64,000 nt of DNA, taken from contig NC_043015.1 of the NCBI RefSeq assembly GCF_006345805.1, positions 44,826,001 to 44,890,000 on the forward strand, read 5' to 3'. The position numbers and the translations under genes are program-made. The number at the start of each line of letters is the position of its first letter. Within the stretch, counting starts at the first letter, position 1. The notes beneath the pieces were generated by a model, which was not told the DNA's origin, did no database searches, and saw only the letters and a list, made by a program, of their open reading frames with translations. Origin of the DNA: Octopus sinensis. Lineage: Eukaryota. Positions 39,297-51,529 of this stretch are shown here, one piece after another.

Positions 39297-39737
39297 CTTT
39301 ACAATCTTACATCTGTCCCTTTATTCTTCCTCTACAGTTTTGCCATACATTGCATTCTTTCACCTACACCCATTGCTCATCTCTCAATCACTCCAGCCTC
39401 TTCCTAATCTTTACAGTACTCTGATGTGATTGAAGATAGCAGTGACCTGTTTACCATATATTACTTCCTGCCAAGATGCCACTGCACCTATTCTAACCAT
39501 CTCCCAGTCACTCTACAGTGCAGCTAGCTCTCTGATATAGAACCCACCTATTTTCCATTCACTATGCTGCCACCCTTATCACTCAACCTCTCCAGCCCAT
39601 CTCATTGCTCATGTGTTGGTGGCCATGTCGGTAAGTTCACCATCCTCAATTCACGGTTTTTTGATTTTTGATTTTTTTTTTTTCAATAAAATACTTTTTA
39701 ACTATTAATGATAAGATACAGTGGAGTGGCTGTGTGG

Positions 39738-40850
39738 AGGCGCAGGAGTAGCTGTGTAGTAAGTAGCTTGCTTACCAACCACATGGTTCTGGGTTCAGTC
39801 TCACTGCGTAGCACCTTGGGCAAGTGTCTTCTACTATAGCCTCAGGTCGACCAAAGCTTTGTGAGTGTATTTGGTAGACGGAAACTGAAAAGATGCCCAT
39901 CGTATATATGTGTGTGTCTGTGTCTGTGTCTGTGTTTGTCCCAGCAACGTTACTTGACAACCGATGTTGGTTTGTTTACGACCCCGTAACTTAGCGGTTC
40001 AGCAAAAGAGACCGATAGAATAAGTACTAGGCTTACAAAGAATAAGTCCTGAGGTTGATTTGCTCGACTAAAGGCGGTGCTCCAGCATGGCCACAGTCAA
40101 ATGACTGAAACAAGTAAAAGAGCATATATTTTGTCAGTACACTTTCCTTGCAGTGACCTTTCTTCATGGTGAACTTTCTTCACAATGAATTGATGGCAGA
40201 GTACTTACCTGTAATCATCGGTGGCTACATTCGACCTCTTGCACACAGTTCACTCTACATTCGTCCTCTCTTCCTGTAGCTCCTGTCATCACCCCATGTT
40301 ACTCAGCCTGCCAGCATACTCCTATTCCTTTTCCCCTAGACACCCAGGACCTCTGTCATTCTTCTATCATTACCCTGCTCCCTACGTCAGATAGACTTCT
40401 GTCTATGTGACCCAGGAGACAGAGCAATGTCCAGCACCTTGGACAAGTGTCTCCTACTACAGACCCAGGCCAACCAAAGCATTGTAAGTAGATTTGGTAG
40501 CCATAAACTGACGTGGCTGTGTGGTAAGAAGTTTGCTTCCTAACCATATGGCTCCAGTTTCAGTCCCACTGCATGGCACCTTGGGTAAGTGTCTTCTGTT
40601 ATAACCCCAGGTCGACCAAAGCGTTGTGAGTGGATCTGGTAGACAAAATCTAAAACAAGCCCGATACATGTGTATAGTTATGTGTGTGTTTGTTGCTCTC
40701 CATCGCTTAACAACTAGTGTTGGTTAGCTTACATCCATGTAACTTAGCTCTTTAGCAAAAAGGGATGATAGAATAAGCACCAGACTTAAAATCCTTGGTG
40801 GTCCCCTGACGTCACAGCAGTCCAGTGACTAGAACAAGTAAAAGATACAT
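39738..40850 (+). mobile_element. Two SINE family B copies (39738-40122; diverged 40513-40850)
   Basis: Family B consensus match. Confidence 0.8.
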
Positions 40851-40895
40851 AAAAGAAAAAAGATGTGTGAGTGTGTCTTTTGTGCATGCATTTGT

Positions 40896-40988
<93 letters not shown>

Positions 40989-41268
40989 ATATACATATAT
41001 ATATATATGTGAAATTGTAGTTGTGATCCCCATGCCAGTGGCACATAAAAAGCGCCCACTACACTCTTGGAGTGGTTGGCATTAGGAAGGGCATCTAGCT
41101 GTAGAAACACTGCCAGATCAGACTGGAGCCTGGGGAAGCTTCCTGGCTTCCATACCCCTATCGAACCATCCAACCCATACCAGCATGGAAAACAGATGTT
41201 AAACGATGATGATGATGATGATGATATATACATATATATATATATATAAGAAACCATACCAAAACAGA

Positions 41269-41323
<55 letters not shown>

Positions 41324-41870
41324 TATATATATATCTGCTGAATCTCCCTAAGAACTACTTTAAGGGTACATGTGTCTGTGTAGTACTCAGCCATGTGCAT
41401 GTTAATTTCACGAGGAAGCTGTTCCGTTGATCCAATCAACTGGAACCCACGTCGTCATAACCGACAGGGCACCACTTATTTCTATGTGTGTGTGTGTGCA
41501 TGCACATGTGAGTGTGTGTATATTTACATATATATATGTATAACATACATTTGTATATCTACATACGTACATACATACATATATATCATCATCATTTAAC
41601 GTCCGCTTTCCATGCTAGCATGGGTTGGACGGTTCAACTGGGGTCTGGGGAGCCCGAAGGCTGCACCAGGCCAGTCAGATCTGGCAGTGTTTCTACAGCT
41701 GGATGCCCTTCCTAACGCCAACCACTCCGAGAGTGTAGTGGGTGATTTTATGTGCCACCGACACAGGTGCCAGACGAGGCTGGCGAACGGCCACGCTCGG
41801 ATGGTGTTTTTTATGTGCCACCGACACAGGTGCCACACACACACATGTACACACACATGCATACACACAT

Positions 41871-41901
<31 letters not shown>

Positions 41902-42712
41902 TGCATGTGTCCACAATTATAAAACATGAGAAAAATTCTACATGTGAAACTGTTCCATAATGGATGATTCATCATCGTTTAATGTCCGTTATCCAAGATG
42001 ACGATGATGATGACGATGAATCATCCATTATGGAACAGTTTCACACGTAGAATTTTAGCTGTATTAATTAATACACATATTCATTCTAAAATAATAATGG
42101 TTTCAAATTTTGGTGCAAGGCCAGCAATTTCGGGGGTGGGTGGAAGGGGTAAATCGATTACATCAGCCCCTGTACTCAACTGGTACTTTATTTTATTAAC
42201 CCTAAAAGGATGAAAGACAAAGTCAACCTTGGCGGAATTTGAACTCAAAATGCCACCAAGCATTTTGCTCCGTACGGGAACGATTCTGCCAGCTCACCAA
42301 CTTTCATTCTAAAAGTAATATTGATCTCTTCTCTTTTTTCTTTTTGTTACACTTTAACAAACATGACATCATCATCATCATCATCATTATCATCACTATC
42401 ATCGATTTATATTAGCTTCCATGCAGGCATGGGTTGGGCAATTTGTCATCGCTTGAGTCAGTTTTTATTCAGAGTTACTTATTTCTTTTACTGCCCACAA
42501 GGGGCTACACACGGGGGGGGGACAAACAAGGACAGACAAACGGATTAAGTCGATTATATCAACCCCAGTGCGTAACTGGTACTTATTTAATTGACCCCGA
42601 AAGGATGAAAAGCAAAGTCGACCTCAGCATTGAACTCACAACGTAACAGTAGACGAAATGCCACTAAGCATTTTGCCTTCTAGACCAGTGGTTCCCAAAT
42701 TGGGCAGTATTC

Positions 42713-42965
42713 TTGAATAATGATTGGAAGAGCAAGAATATTGACTGATAGTGCAGGAGTAATGACTGGCAGTGCAGGAATAATGACTGGCAGTGCATGG
42801 GTAATGGCTGGAAGAGCAAGAGTATTGACTGGTGGTGTAGGAGTAATGACTGGTAGTGTAGGAGTAATGACTGGCAGTGCAGGAGTAATGACTGGCAGAG
42901 CAAAAGTAACAACTGGTAGTGTAGGAGTAATGACCGGCAATGCAGAAGTGTTGATAGTGGAGTGT
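42713..42965. repeat. 21-bp minisatellite (about 12 units, consensus AGGAGTAATGACTGGCAGTGC) just after a hAT-like terminus (CAGTGGTTCCCAAA)
   Basis: Units counted directly. Confidence 0.85.
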
Positions 42966-43432
42966 GACAAGTATAAAAAGATCCAATGCAATCACTCATA
43001 TGCAGGTTGTGTGAGGGAGAGAAAAGGATGGTGCTGGGAGTGGGGACTGACAACAAGGTGGGTTCAATACCATTTCTTATTAGACGGGCAATATAGCACA
43101 GTGAAGCATAGGAGAGTGAGAGAGTGTCAGAGAGATGAGAGGGTCAGGCAGATTGAATGCTGTATCTACTTATTCGAGTAGCACGGTACAGTGAATAAAA
43201 GAAAGGTGAGTGGAGAGAGAGAGAGCGAGTGATAGAGAGATAAGAGGGTATCAAAGAGGCAGGGGATGCAGCAGAAAATGTAGACTTAACGGGGACATAT
43301 TGAGCAAAGGGTCTGAATAAAAAATTATATATCATACTTCCATTTCGAACATTCATTTTCCCCGTACTTAGACATGTGGGTGAGTCTTCTCTAGCACTGA
43401 GCATTGCTAATCATTAGGATTTTTTTATCATC

Positions 43433-43980
43433 AGGAGTGGCTGTGTGGTAAGTAGCTTGTTTACCAACCACATGGTTCCGGGTTCAATCCCACTGCGTGG
43501 CACCTTGGGCAAGTGTCTTCTACTATAGCCTTGGGCCGACCAAAGCCTTGTGAGTGGATTTGGTAGACGGAAACTGAAAGAAGCCCGTCGTATATCATCA
43601 TCATCATTTAACGTACGTTCTCCATGCTAGCATGGGTTGGACGGTTCGACCGGGGTCTGGGAAGCCAGGGGCTGCACCAGGCTCCAGTCTGATCTGGCAG
43701 TGTTTCTACAGCTGGATGCCCTTCCTAACGCCAACCACTCCGCAAGTGTATATATGTATATATATGTGTGCGTGTATGTTTGTGTGTCTGTGTTTGTCCC
43801 CCTAGCATTGCTTGACAATCGATGCTGGTGTGCTCATGTCCACGTCACTTGGCGGTTCGGCAAAAGCGATCGATAGAATAAGTACTGGGCTTACAAAGAA
43901 TAAGTCCTCCGGGGTCGAGTTGCCCGATTAAAGGCGGTGCTCCAGCATGGCCGCAGTCAAATGACTGAAACAAGTAAAAA
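43433..43980 (+). mobile_element. SINE family B interrupted by an RTE tail in its microsatellite
   Basis: Head 43433-43594, insert 43595-43745, tail to 43980. Confidence 0.85.
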
Positions 43981-44147
43981 AAAAAAGAAAAAAAAAGGAA
44001 GAACATTCGGGATCCTAAAATCAGTCTTCACTGCCTCAACTCCTGTTCCTGGTTCTTTTCTTCAAGATGTTCTGCCCACTCTGAGAGTACTCCACTTCTT
44101 TATGCAGCTGTCACTTTCCATATGCATCACAGACTTGTACTAGCAGT

Positions 44148-44880
44148 CTTATTTCTTTACTGCCCACAAGGGGCTACACACACAGGGGACAAACAAGGAC
44201 AGACAAATGGATTATGTTGATTATATCGACCCCAGTGCGTAACTGGTACTTAATTCGTCGACCCTGAAAGGATGAAAGGCAAAGTCGACCTCAGCGGAAT
44301 TTGAACTCAGAACGTAGCGGCAGACGAAATACCTATTTCTTTACTACCCACAAGGGGCTACACACAGAGGGGACAAACGGATTAAGTTGATTATATCGAT
44401 CCCAGTGCGTAACTGGTACTTAATTCGTCGACCCCGAAAGGATGAAAGGCAAAGTCGACCTCAGCGGAATTTGAACTCAGAATGTAGCGGCAGATGAAAT
44501 ACCTATTTCTTTATTACCCACAAGGGGCTAAACATAGAGGGGGACAAACAAGAACAGACAAACAGATTAAGTTGATTATATCGACCCCAGTGTGTAACTG
44601 GTACTTAATTCGTCGACCCCAAAAGGATGAAAGGCAAAGTCGACCTCAGCGGCAGATGAAATACCTATTTCTTTACTACCCACAAGGGGCTACACACAGA
44701 GGGGACAAACAAGGACAGACAAATGGATTAAGTCGATTATATCGATCCCAGTGTGTAACTGGTACTTAATTTGTTGACCCCGAAAGGATGAAAGGTAAAG
44801 TCGACCTCAGCGGAATTTGAACTCAGGACGTAGCAGCAGATGAAATACCACTAAGCATTTCACCTGGCGTGCTAACTTTT
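44148..44880 (-). mobile_element. SINE family A array (4 units, some with internal deletions)
   Basis: Repeated cctatttctttac junctions. Confidence 0.88.
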
Positions 44881-45127
44881 CTCTTACACACTACAACTGA
44901 TTCTTCTTATTTATATCCAGTTTTCTTTCAGCGTGTGATAGCTACCGTTCCTCTTCTAATGACGACATAAATAAATAAATAAATAAAATCTAAATGAAAA
45001 TAAACTAAGAAATGAGAATGAATAGTGGGGCGCAGTGTTAAGCAGTGATCTGTATAAATGCAAGGTTATGTTTGGGGCACGTTCCTCAAGCATATTTGAA
45101 CTGGTAATAAAAGAATGAATACCACAA

Positions 45128-45541
45128 AGGCGCAGGAGTGGCTGTGTGGTAAGTAGCTTGCTAACCAACCACATGGTTCCGGGTTCAGTCCCACTGCGTG
45201 GCATCTTGGGCAAGTGTCTTCTGCTATAGCCCCGGGTCGACCAATGCCTTGTGAGTGGATTTGGTAGACGGAAACTGAAAGAAGCCCGTCGAATATATGT
45301 ATATATATATGTATGTGTGTGTGTATGTGTTTGTGTGTCTGTGTTTGTCTCCCTAGCATTGCTTGACAACCGATGCTGGTGTGTTTACGTCCCCGACACT
45401 TAGCGGTTCGGCAAAAGAGACCGATAGAATAAGTACTGGGCTTACAAAGAATAAGTCCCGGGGTCGATTTGATCGACTAAAGGCGGTGCTCCAGCATGGC
45501 CACAGTCAAATGACTGAAACAAGTAAAAGAGTAAAAGAGAG
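45128..45541 (+). mobile_element. SINE family B, full length
   Basis: Family B consensus match. Confidence 0.9.
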
Positions 45542-45734
45542 AGTAGTCAAGCAGTTGAACAATATGGCGTGGAAGTCTCATGTACTTTACCTTCCATCTA
45601 TTGTCGTTTAGCGTCAAGTTAGCCCTCATCAATCAGACTTTTGATCAAAACATTCCAAACCTAGCCATCCCATCTTTTTTCCTAGACACAGTCCACCTAA
45701 AACCACTTTTAGAATGGTCAGCTGACCGAATCAT

Positions 45735-46412
45735 TCCCATACAGAGCAAAATGCTTGGTGGCATTTTGAGTTCAAATTCCGCTGAGGTTGACTTTGCCTT
45801 TCATCCTTTCGAGGTCGATAAATTAAGTACCAGTTACGCACTGGGGTTGATATAATCGACTTAATCCGTTTGTCTGTCCTTGTTTGTCCCCTCTGTGTGT
45901 AGCCCCTTGTATAGGTATAAGAAATAGGTATTTCGTCTGCTGCTGAGGTTGACTTTGCCTTTCATCCTTTTGGGGTCAATTAAATAAGTACCAGTTACAC
46001 ACTGGGGTTGATATAATCGACTTAATCTGTTTGTCTGTCCTTGTTTGTCCCCTCTGTGTGTAGCCCCTTGTATAGGTATAAGAAATAGGTATTTCGTCTG
46101 CTGCTGAGGTTGACTTTGCCTTTCATCCTTTTGGGGTCAATTAAATAAGTACCAGTTACACACTGGGGTTGATATAATCGACTTAATCCGTTTGTCTGTC
46201 CTTGTTTGTCCCCCCCTGTGTGTAGCCCCTTGTATAGGTATAAGAAATAGGTATTTCGTCTGCTGCTGAGGTTGACTTTGCCTTTCATCCTTTTGGGGTC
46301 AATTAAATAAGTACCAGTTACACACTGGGGTTGATATAATCGACTTAATCCGTTTGTCTGTCCTTGTTTGTCCCCCCCCCCCGTGTGTAGCCCCTTGTGG
46401 GCAGTAAAAGAA
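45735..46412 (+). mobile_element. SINE family A array with three ~161-bp deletion-variant units
   Basis: Period 161-162 bp measured between tttcgtctgc starts at 45931, 46092 and 46254. Confidence 0.88.
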
Positions 46413-47211
46413 ATTAGTAACTCTGAATAAAAACTGACTCAAGCGATGACAAACTGCCCAACCCATGCCTGCATGGAAAGCTAATATAAATCGATGATAG
46501 TGATGATAATGATGATGATGATGATGATGTCATGTTTGTTAAAGTGTAACAACAAAGAAAAAAGAGAAAGAGATCAATATTACTTTTAGAATGAAAGTTG
46601 GTGAGCTGGCAGAATCGTTCCCGTACGGAGCAAAATGCTTGGTGGCATTTTGAGTTCAAATTCTACCAAGGTTGACTTTGTCTTTCATCCTTTTAGGGTT
46701 AATAAAATAAAGTACCAGTTGAGTACAGGGGCTGATGTAATCGATTGACCCCTTCCACCCACCCCACGAAATTGCTGGCCTTGCACCAAAATTTGAAACC
46801 ATTATTATTTTAGAATGAATCATCATCATCATCATCATCGTTTAGCGTCCGCTTTCTATGCTAGCATGGGTTGGATGGTTCAACTGGGGTCTGGGAAGCC
46901 AGAAGGCTGCACCAAGCCCAGTCTGATCTGGCAATGTTTCTATGGCTGGAATATGTGTATTAATTAATACAGCAAAAATTCTACAGGTGAAACAGTTCCT
47001 TTTATTTTGTAAGACAGTAGAGTGTTTCAAAGGAGATTTAACTATTTCCAGAAAGCTGAGCAAACCACAATAAAAGGCCTCTCTCGTTGGCTTTTATGTG
47101 TGGCTGACTGAGCAGACCTCTGACCAAAGGTAAACTTGTGATCATACTGTTATTTTTTGGTGTATAATGTAAATATATTTTGTTAGTCTTTCTTTTCTTT
47201 TAAGATGTTTT

Positions 47212-47690
47212 TACTTTTATTTGTTTCAAAAATTAGACTGGCCATGCTGGGGCACAGCCTTGAAACAGTTCTTAGTTGACTGAATCGACTCCAGTACTTT
47301 TTTTTCTTTTAAGCCTGGTACTTATTCTATTGGTCTCTTTTGCCAAACTGCTAAGTTATGGGGGGCATAAATACACCGACGCCGATTGTCAAGAGGTGAT
47401 GGGGACAAACACAGACACACACACACACACACACGGACGCACACACACCCACACGCACACACACACGCACGCACACACACACACGCACACACACATGCAC
47501 GCACACACACACACACATATCTTTACATACAAAGGATTTCTTTCAGTTTCTGTCTACCAAATCCACTTACAAGTCTTCAGACGACCTAAGGCTATGATAG
47601 AAGACACTTTCCCAAGGTGCCATGCAGTGGGTCTGAACCCAGAACCATGTGGTTGAGAACCAAGCTTCTTACCACACAGCCACCACGCCT
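47212..47690 (-). mobile_element. SINE family B, diverged
   Basis: Family B tail and head. Confidence 0.8.
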
Positions 47691-48044
47691 GCTTTTTCTA
47701 GCAGGCTGAACGACCATGCAGAGGCTTTTCTATTGGCTCAAATGGGTCATTGTCCATAACTGACAAGACAGCTAAATAATTCATCCTTTAGTTAAACAGA
47801 TTTTTTATCTTTTTTCATCATCATCATCATCATTTTAAAAATTCCTCATCTCCTTTTCTGTGCAGATCTGCAGAATGATAAATCACTTCTCCTTTTCATT
47901 ATATGTCATCTCAAATTTTTAAGACCCACCTTAAAATATGGGAAGAAAGTGAGGAAATGAGATCATCCTTCATCTAACTCTTTCACAAGTAACTTCCACT
48001 GTCTTCATACAGCAGCAATTATTCATCCAGCTGATGCAAGCTCT

Positions 48045-48305
48045 ACCTATCCCATTGTGTTTATAACAGTACTGTCACCTTGTCTGTATATGAAAGGAGC
48101 TGCAGCAGCTATGTGGTCTTTCGACCTGCTAGAAACAGCAGTCAAATTTCTCTCAAACTTTATTCTACTGTCTTGAAAGGGGAGGAATGCACTGTGTAAT
48201 GAAGACCTAGATACACTGTCTGAAAAGAAAAAAAAAAGCTGGATGGTCATGGCTGGAATATCTTTGTTCAGGAGTCCATTCAACCAGGGCTGGTCTGGAG
48301 TTAAC
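48045..48305 (-). repeat. Old dispersed repeat family; related pieces near 4360-4500, 24845-25010, 33890-33960, 45605-45720 and 51960-52140
   Basis: Recurring motifs such as atttgactgctatttctagcaggtcga and caaagatattccagccatgaccatcc. Confidence 0.5.
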
Positions 48306-48444
48306 ATTGGTTGGTGTCTCTAATACCTAACTACCTTCATGGATCCTTTGTAATCTGTCTTTGGGGAAACTTGAAGTTGCATAGATTCATGTAAGTTTTA
48401 ATATGTAAATATTAAATATTTAATATGTAAAATATCTTACAAAC

Positions 48445-48810
48445 AATAACTCTGAGCACCTTTTCAAACTCCACCCATCTAACACCTGTGGACATATTTA
48501 CAAAGTCAGAAAACAGCACAGCTCCCATGACTTTAGGAAACATTTTTTCACGATGAGAGTTGCTGAAGCATGGAACAAACTGCCGACATCAGTTGTTAGT
48601 TGTCGGAGCACTGCATCCTTCAAAACTTCCATGCTTTCTGAGATTCGCCAACACTACACCTGATTTTCTCCCCTCCTTACACACACACAAGCACGTATCT
48701 GACTCATACATTGTTCGCTTTCCAGACATTCGTATATTACTGCATACACTTTATACGCACTTTCTGACAAGATGTGGTGCACCTGAGCACTGTATACAAT
48801 AATTTCATTA
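48445..48810 (+). mobile_element. CR1-clade LINE 3' end
   Basis: GHIYKVRKQHSSHDFRKHFFTMRVAEAWNKLPTSVVSCRSTASFK, a typical CR1 ORF2 C-terminus, followed by a 3'UTR. Confidence 0.85.
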
Positions 48811-51161
48811 TATATATAAAATATTTGTAAGATTCATTTAGAGATGGCAAGAAATTAATAGTGAGAACTGACTATGTTGCTGCGGTACCAGCTATAGATA
48901 AGATCTGTAGAAAAAGTAGAGTTATCAACTTTAAAAAGAAGCCACTGAATATCTGAAGAGCTAAGATCAAATCCACTTTATAGGAGTAAAAATCTGCCCT
49001 GAAAAAGCTTGAAGTTGAAATAGAATATCTTTCTCCTTTTTGATGATTTGTAATATGAAACTTTGTAAAGTTCCATCATATTGTAATAGCTCTTGATAAA
49101 AGCAGTGGGTGAAGATGAATTAAATATAACATTGAAAAATTTCCATAACTTGCTTCATTTTGAAAATATGGCTTAAAGCAAAAGTTACTGTTTTCTGTTC
49201 TCAAATGAAGCTTTTACAAAACTGTAACAATTATATACAATTTAATCTATATTGGGAAACGTATCTGAAGACCACTATCTTATAGATTTTAGTTGATTTT
49301 TTATTTATTCGCTTTTTTTTTTTTCTTTTTCTTTTCCTAACTTCAAGATTAAACTTTTTTTTTCTTGATAGCTTATTCAACAGATGGGGAAAAATATTTC
49401 GATGCTAGACTAATGGGAGATAACTATGAATACACTATTTCACAAATACATTTCCCCTCAAAAGTCTGTGCCGCCTTGTCCAGTATGCAACTATGACAAG
49501 GATTAAAACTGTGAGAGGTTTGGGTTTCCTTTGCGGAACGGTGCTTCAGCAATTTACTCTTCTACTAGGTGCGACTATATATAAATATGTATGTTTGCTT
49601 GCTTGCGTATTTGTGTGTTGCAGGAAAGAAGTTAAAACGAACATATTATACACTACCAAACTCCATAGCTAAATTGATGATCACTTTATGTTGAAAGTAT
49701 AATCTTTATTGAAATTGTTGTGCTAGCTTCTAGACCACCAATGGATGCAACTTGATAAAAAAAAAATAATAACTTCATTAATACTTATAAATTGTTCACA
49801 TCTAGTAATCAATCGCTTAATGATATACGCAAAAAAAAAAAAAAAGCTACCGAAATCGCAAAAAAAAAAATCATGTAATGAAGTTCTCGTAAGGATTCCC
49901 AAAGATATGGACAAAATCTACATTGTTATATTACGAAGATTCTTCAAATAGTGATTGAAAAAGTTGGAGATCTTTTCAAATTTTAAAGTTACACATCGTT
50001 GTAACTGCATACATTCTTTTGGTTGTGCTTTCGTTATTATTTGAAGAATTATCAGAGCAAAATACTCTGAGCAAGCATAGAAGCCGGACTTATTTGTAAA
50101 GGTAGGAGTAATTTGACAGTTCTACAACTTGTTAGCGGGTACACAGTAATTGGTTGCTACAAATATTCTTTAGCGATGAACTTCACATCATTGCACTTTG
50201 GATGCTGACCGTTGGCTAATTGGGATTTACCTTAAATCTGGACACGGACACAAGTCATGTCAGAAAATGAAAGGGATTACACGATCCCCATATAAAAACT
50301 TAGCGAAAGTTGTTGATATATTTGTTAGATTCGAAGGTTAATTGCTTTTGATAAGAGAAGGAGAAAAAGAGAATTATCACTAATAACTTATAAACAAGCT
50401 GTTATCAACCAACGTTCATTTGGAATGTGGAACATGTTTCTCGGCATATCGACGAAAAATAACTAAGGATCCATTTAAGAGTAGATTAGAAAGTAACTAA
50501 ACAGCTGTCATTTGAAACCGGTTTAACAGAGAAAGAAAACTTTACGAAGGGAATCTTGTTAGAATGTCATCTATTACATCCACTGTGTTTAACAGTATAA
50601 AGAGAACTGCAATAAAAAGGGAAGATTTTCGGCGAGTGTCCTTACGTGCACTCAGAATGATAGTTCGAACTTAAGAAGGAACTTAAAAGTATAAGCCAAT
50701 TGGCATCTTAAGTTTCAGAGTGAAGTGGAAGTTGTGTATATATCAACGAAAGCAGAGATGTTTGTGAAAATCTCTGTTTGGCTCTCCAAATATATGCGCA
50801 CAATTCTTGTAAGTTATTAAGAATGAACAATCATCGATATTGTTAAAAGTTTGGGAATTTTGAAGTCTTCTACTGATGATTAATAGACTTTGTTCCTTCA
50901 CCTTTGGACTAATCATACTAACTCGGGGACTGAAAGAAGAAAGAAAACACATAAAAACGAGATATTGACAGTTGCGCTTAAAAGCAAAAAAATGATAATA
51001 AATAAAAGCAAAAATAATAATTCATAAATAAAAGTTTAAAAAAAGATAAATTGTCCCCGACTGATAACAGAAGCAAATGAATTATATCATTTTTATAGAC
51101 AGTTTGACATTCTCGGATAGATTATATAGGAAGAGTAATTGCCAAAGTAGCTGTTACCGTC

Positions 51162-51529
51162 ATGCCATTCCTTGTCTACATTGTGCTTCCTGTTGCAGTT
51201 ATTTGTTTGACATTATATGTTGTACGTGTGAGAAGAATCCTGCGATTCCATGGGGGCCCTCTGGTCTACTACAGCGACGTGACCCTGCATGGGAAAACGG
51301 TTTTAGTGACAGGTGGCAATACCGGGATAGGAAAAGAAACAGCCCTGGATCTAGCCAGCCGGGGGGCCAGGGTTATAATAGCTTGTAGAGACTTAGTCAA
51401 AGCTGAAAATGCCGCCAAGGAAATTAAAAAGATGACTGGGAATGAAAGTGTTGCGACGGTACATTTGGATTTGGCAGATTTAGAATCGGTGAAAAAAATG
51501 TCACAACAAATACTAAAGAATGAAACCCG
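51162..51529 (+). CDS. First coding exon of a retinol dehydrogenase 11-14-like short-chain dehydrogenase/reductase (SDR)
   Basis: ATG, hydrophobic N-terminal anchor, GKTVLVTGGNTGIGKETA Rossmann motif, GARVIIACRD, LDLADLESV, ending NET(R) at a phase-2 GTATGT donor just before the expected LDxLINNAG. The orthologue cannot be fixed from one exon. Confidence 0.93.

Larger units (their letters stand above)
42030..46998. repeat. Inverted segmental duplication, arms about 42030-42630 and 46265-46998
   Basis: Unique spacer sequence and SINE A pieces are mirrored; the right arm has an extra RTE tail at 46821-46950. Confidence 0.85.

Noticed and set aside
40203-40275. Perfect minus-strand donor CAG|GTAAGTA
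   Set aside because: The upstream candidate exon has stops in all frames and a weak acceptor; a 9-10-mer match is expected by chance
47052-47129. Exon-like segment with good splice sites
   Set aside because: Stops in all three frames; only a non-coding exon is possible and there is no evidence for one
49490-49550. SECIS-like ATGA...AAA...GA hairpin
   Set aside because: Only 8-9 nt between UGA and AAA (11-13 expected), poor helix pairing, and no selenoprotein exon nearby
50743-50952. Minus-strand 69-aa ORF upstream of the SDR with a good acceptor
   Set aside because: No recognisable domain or upstream exon; cannot be supported without RNA data
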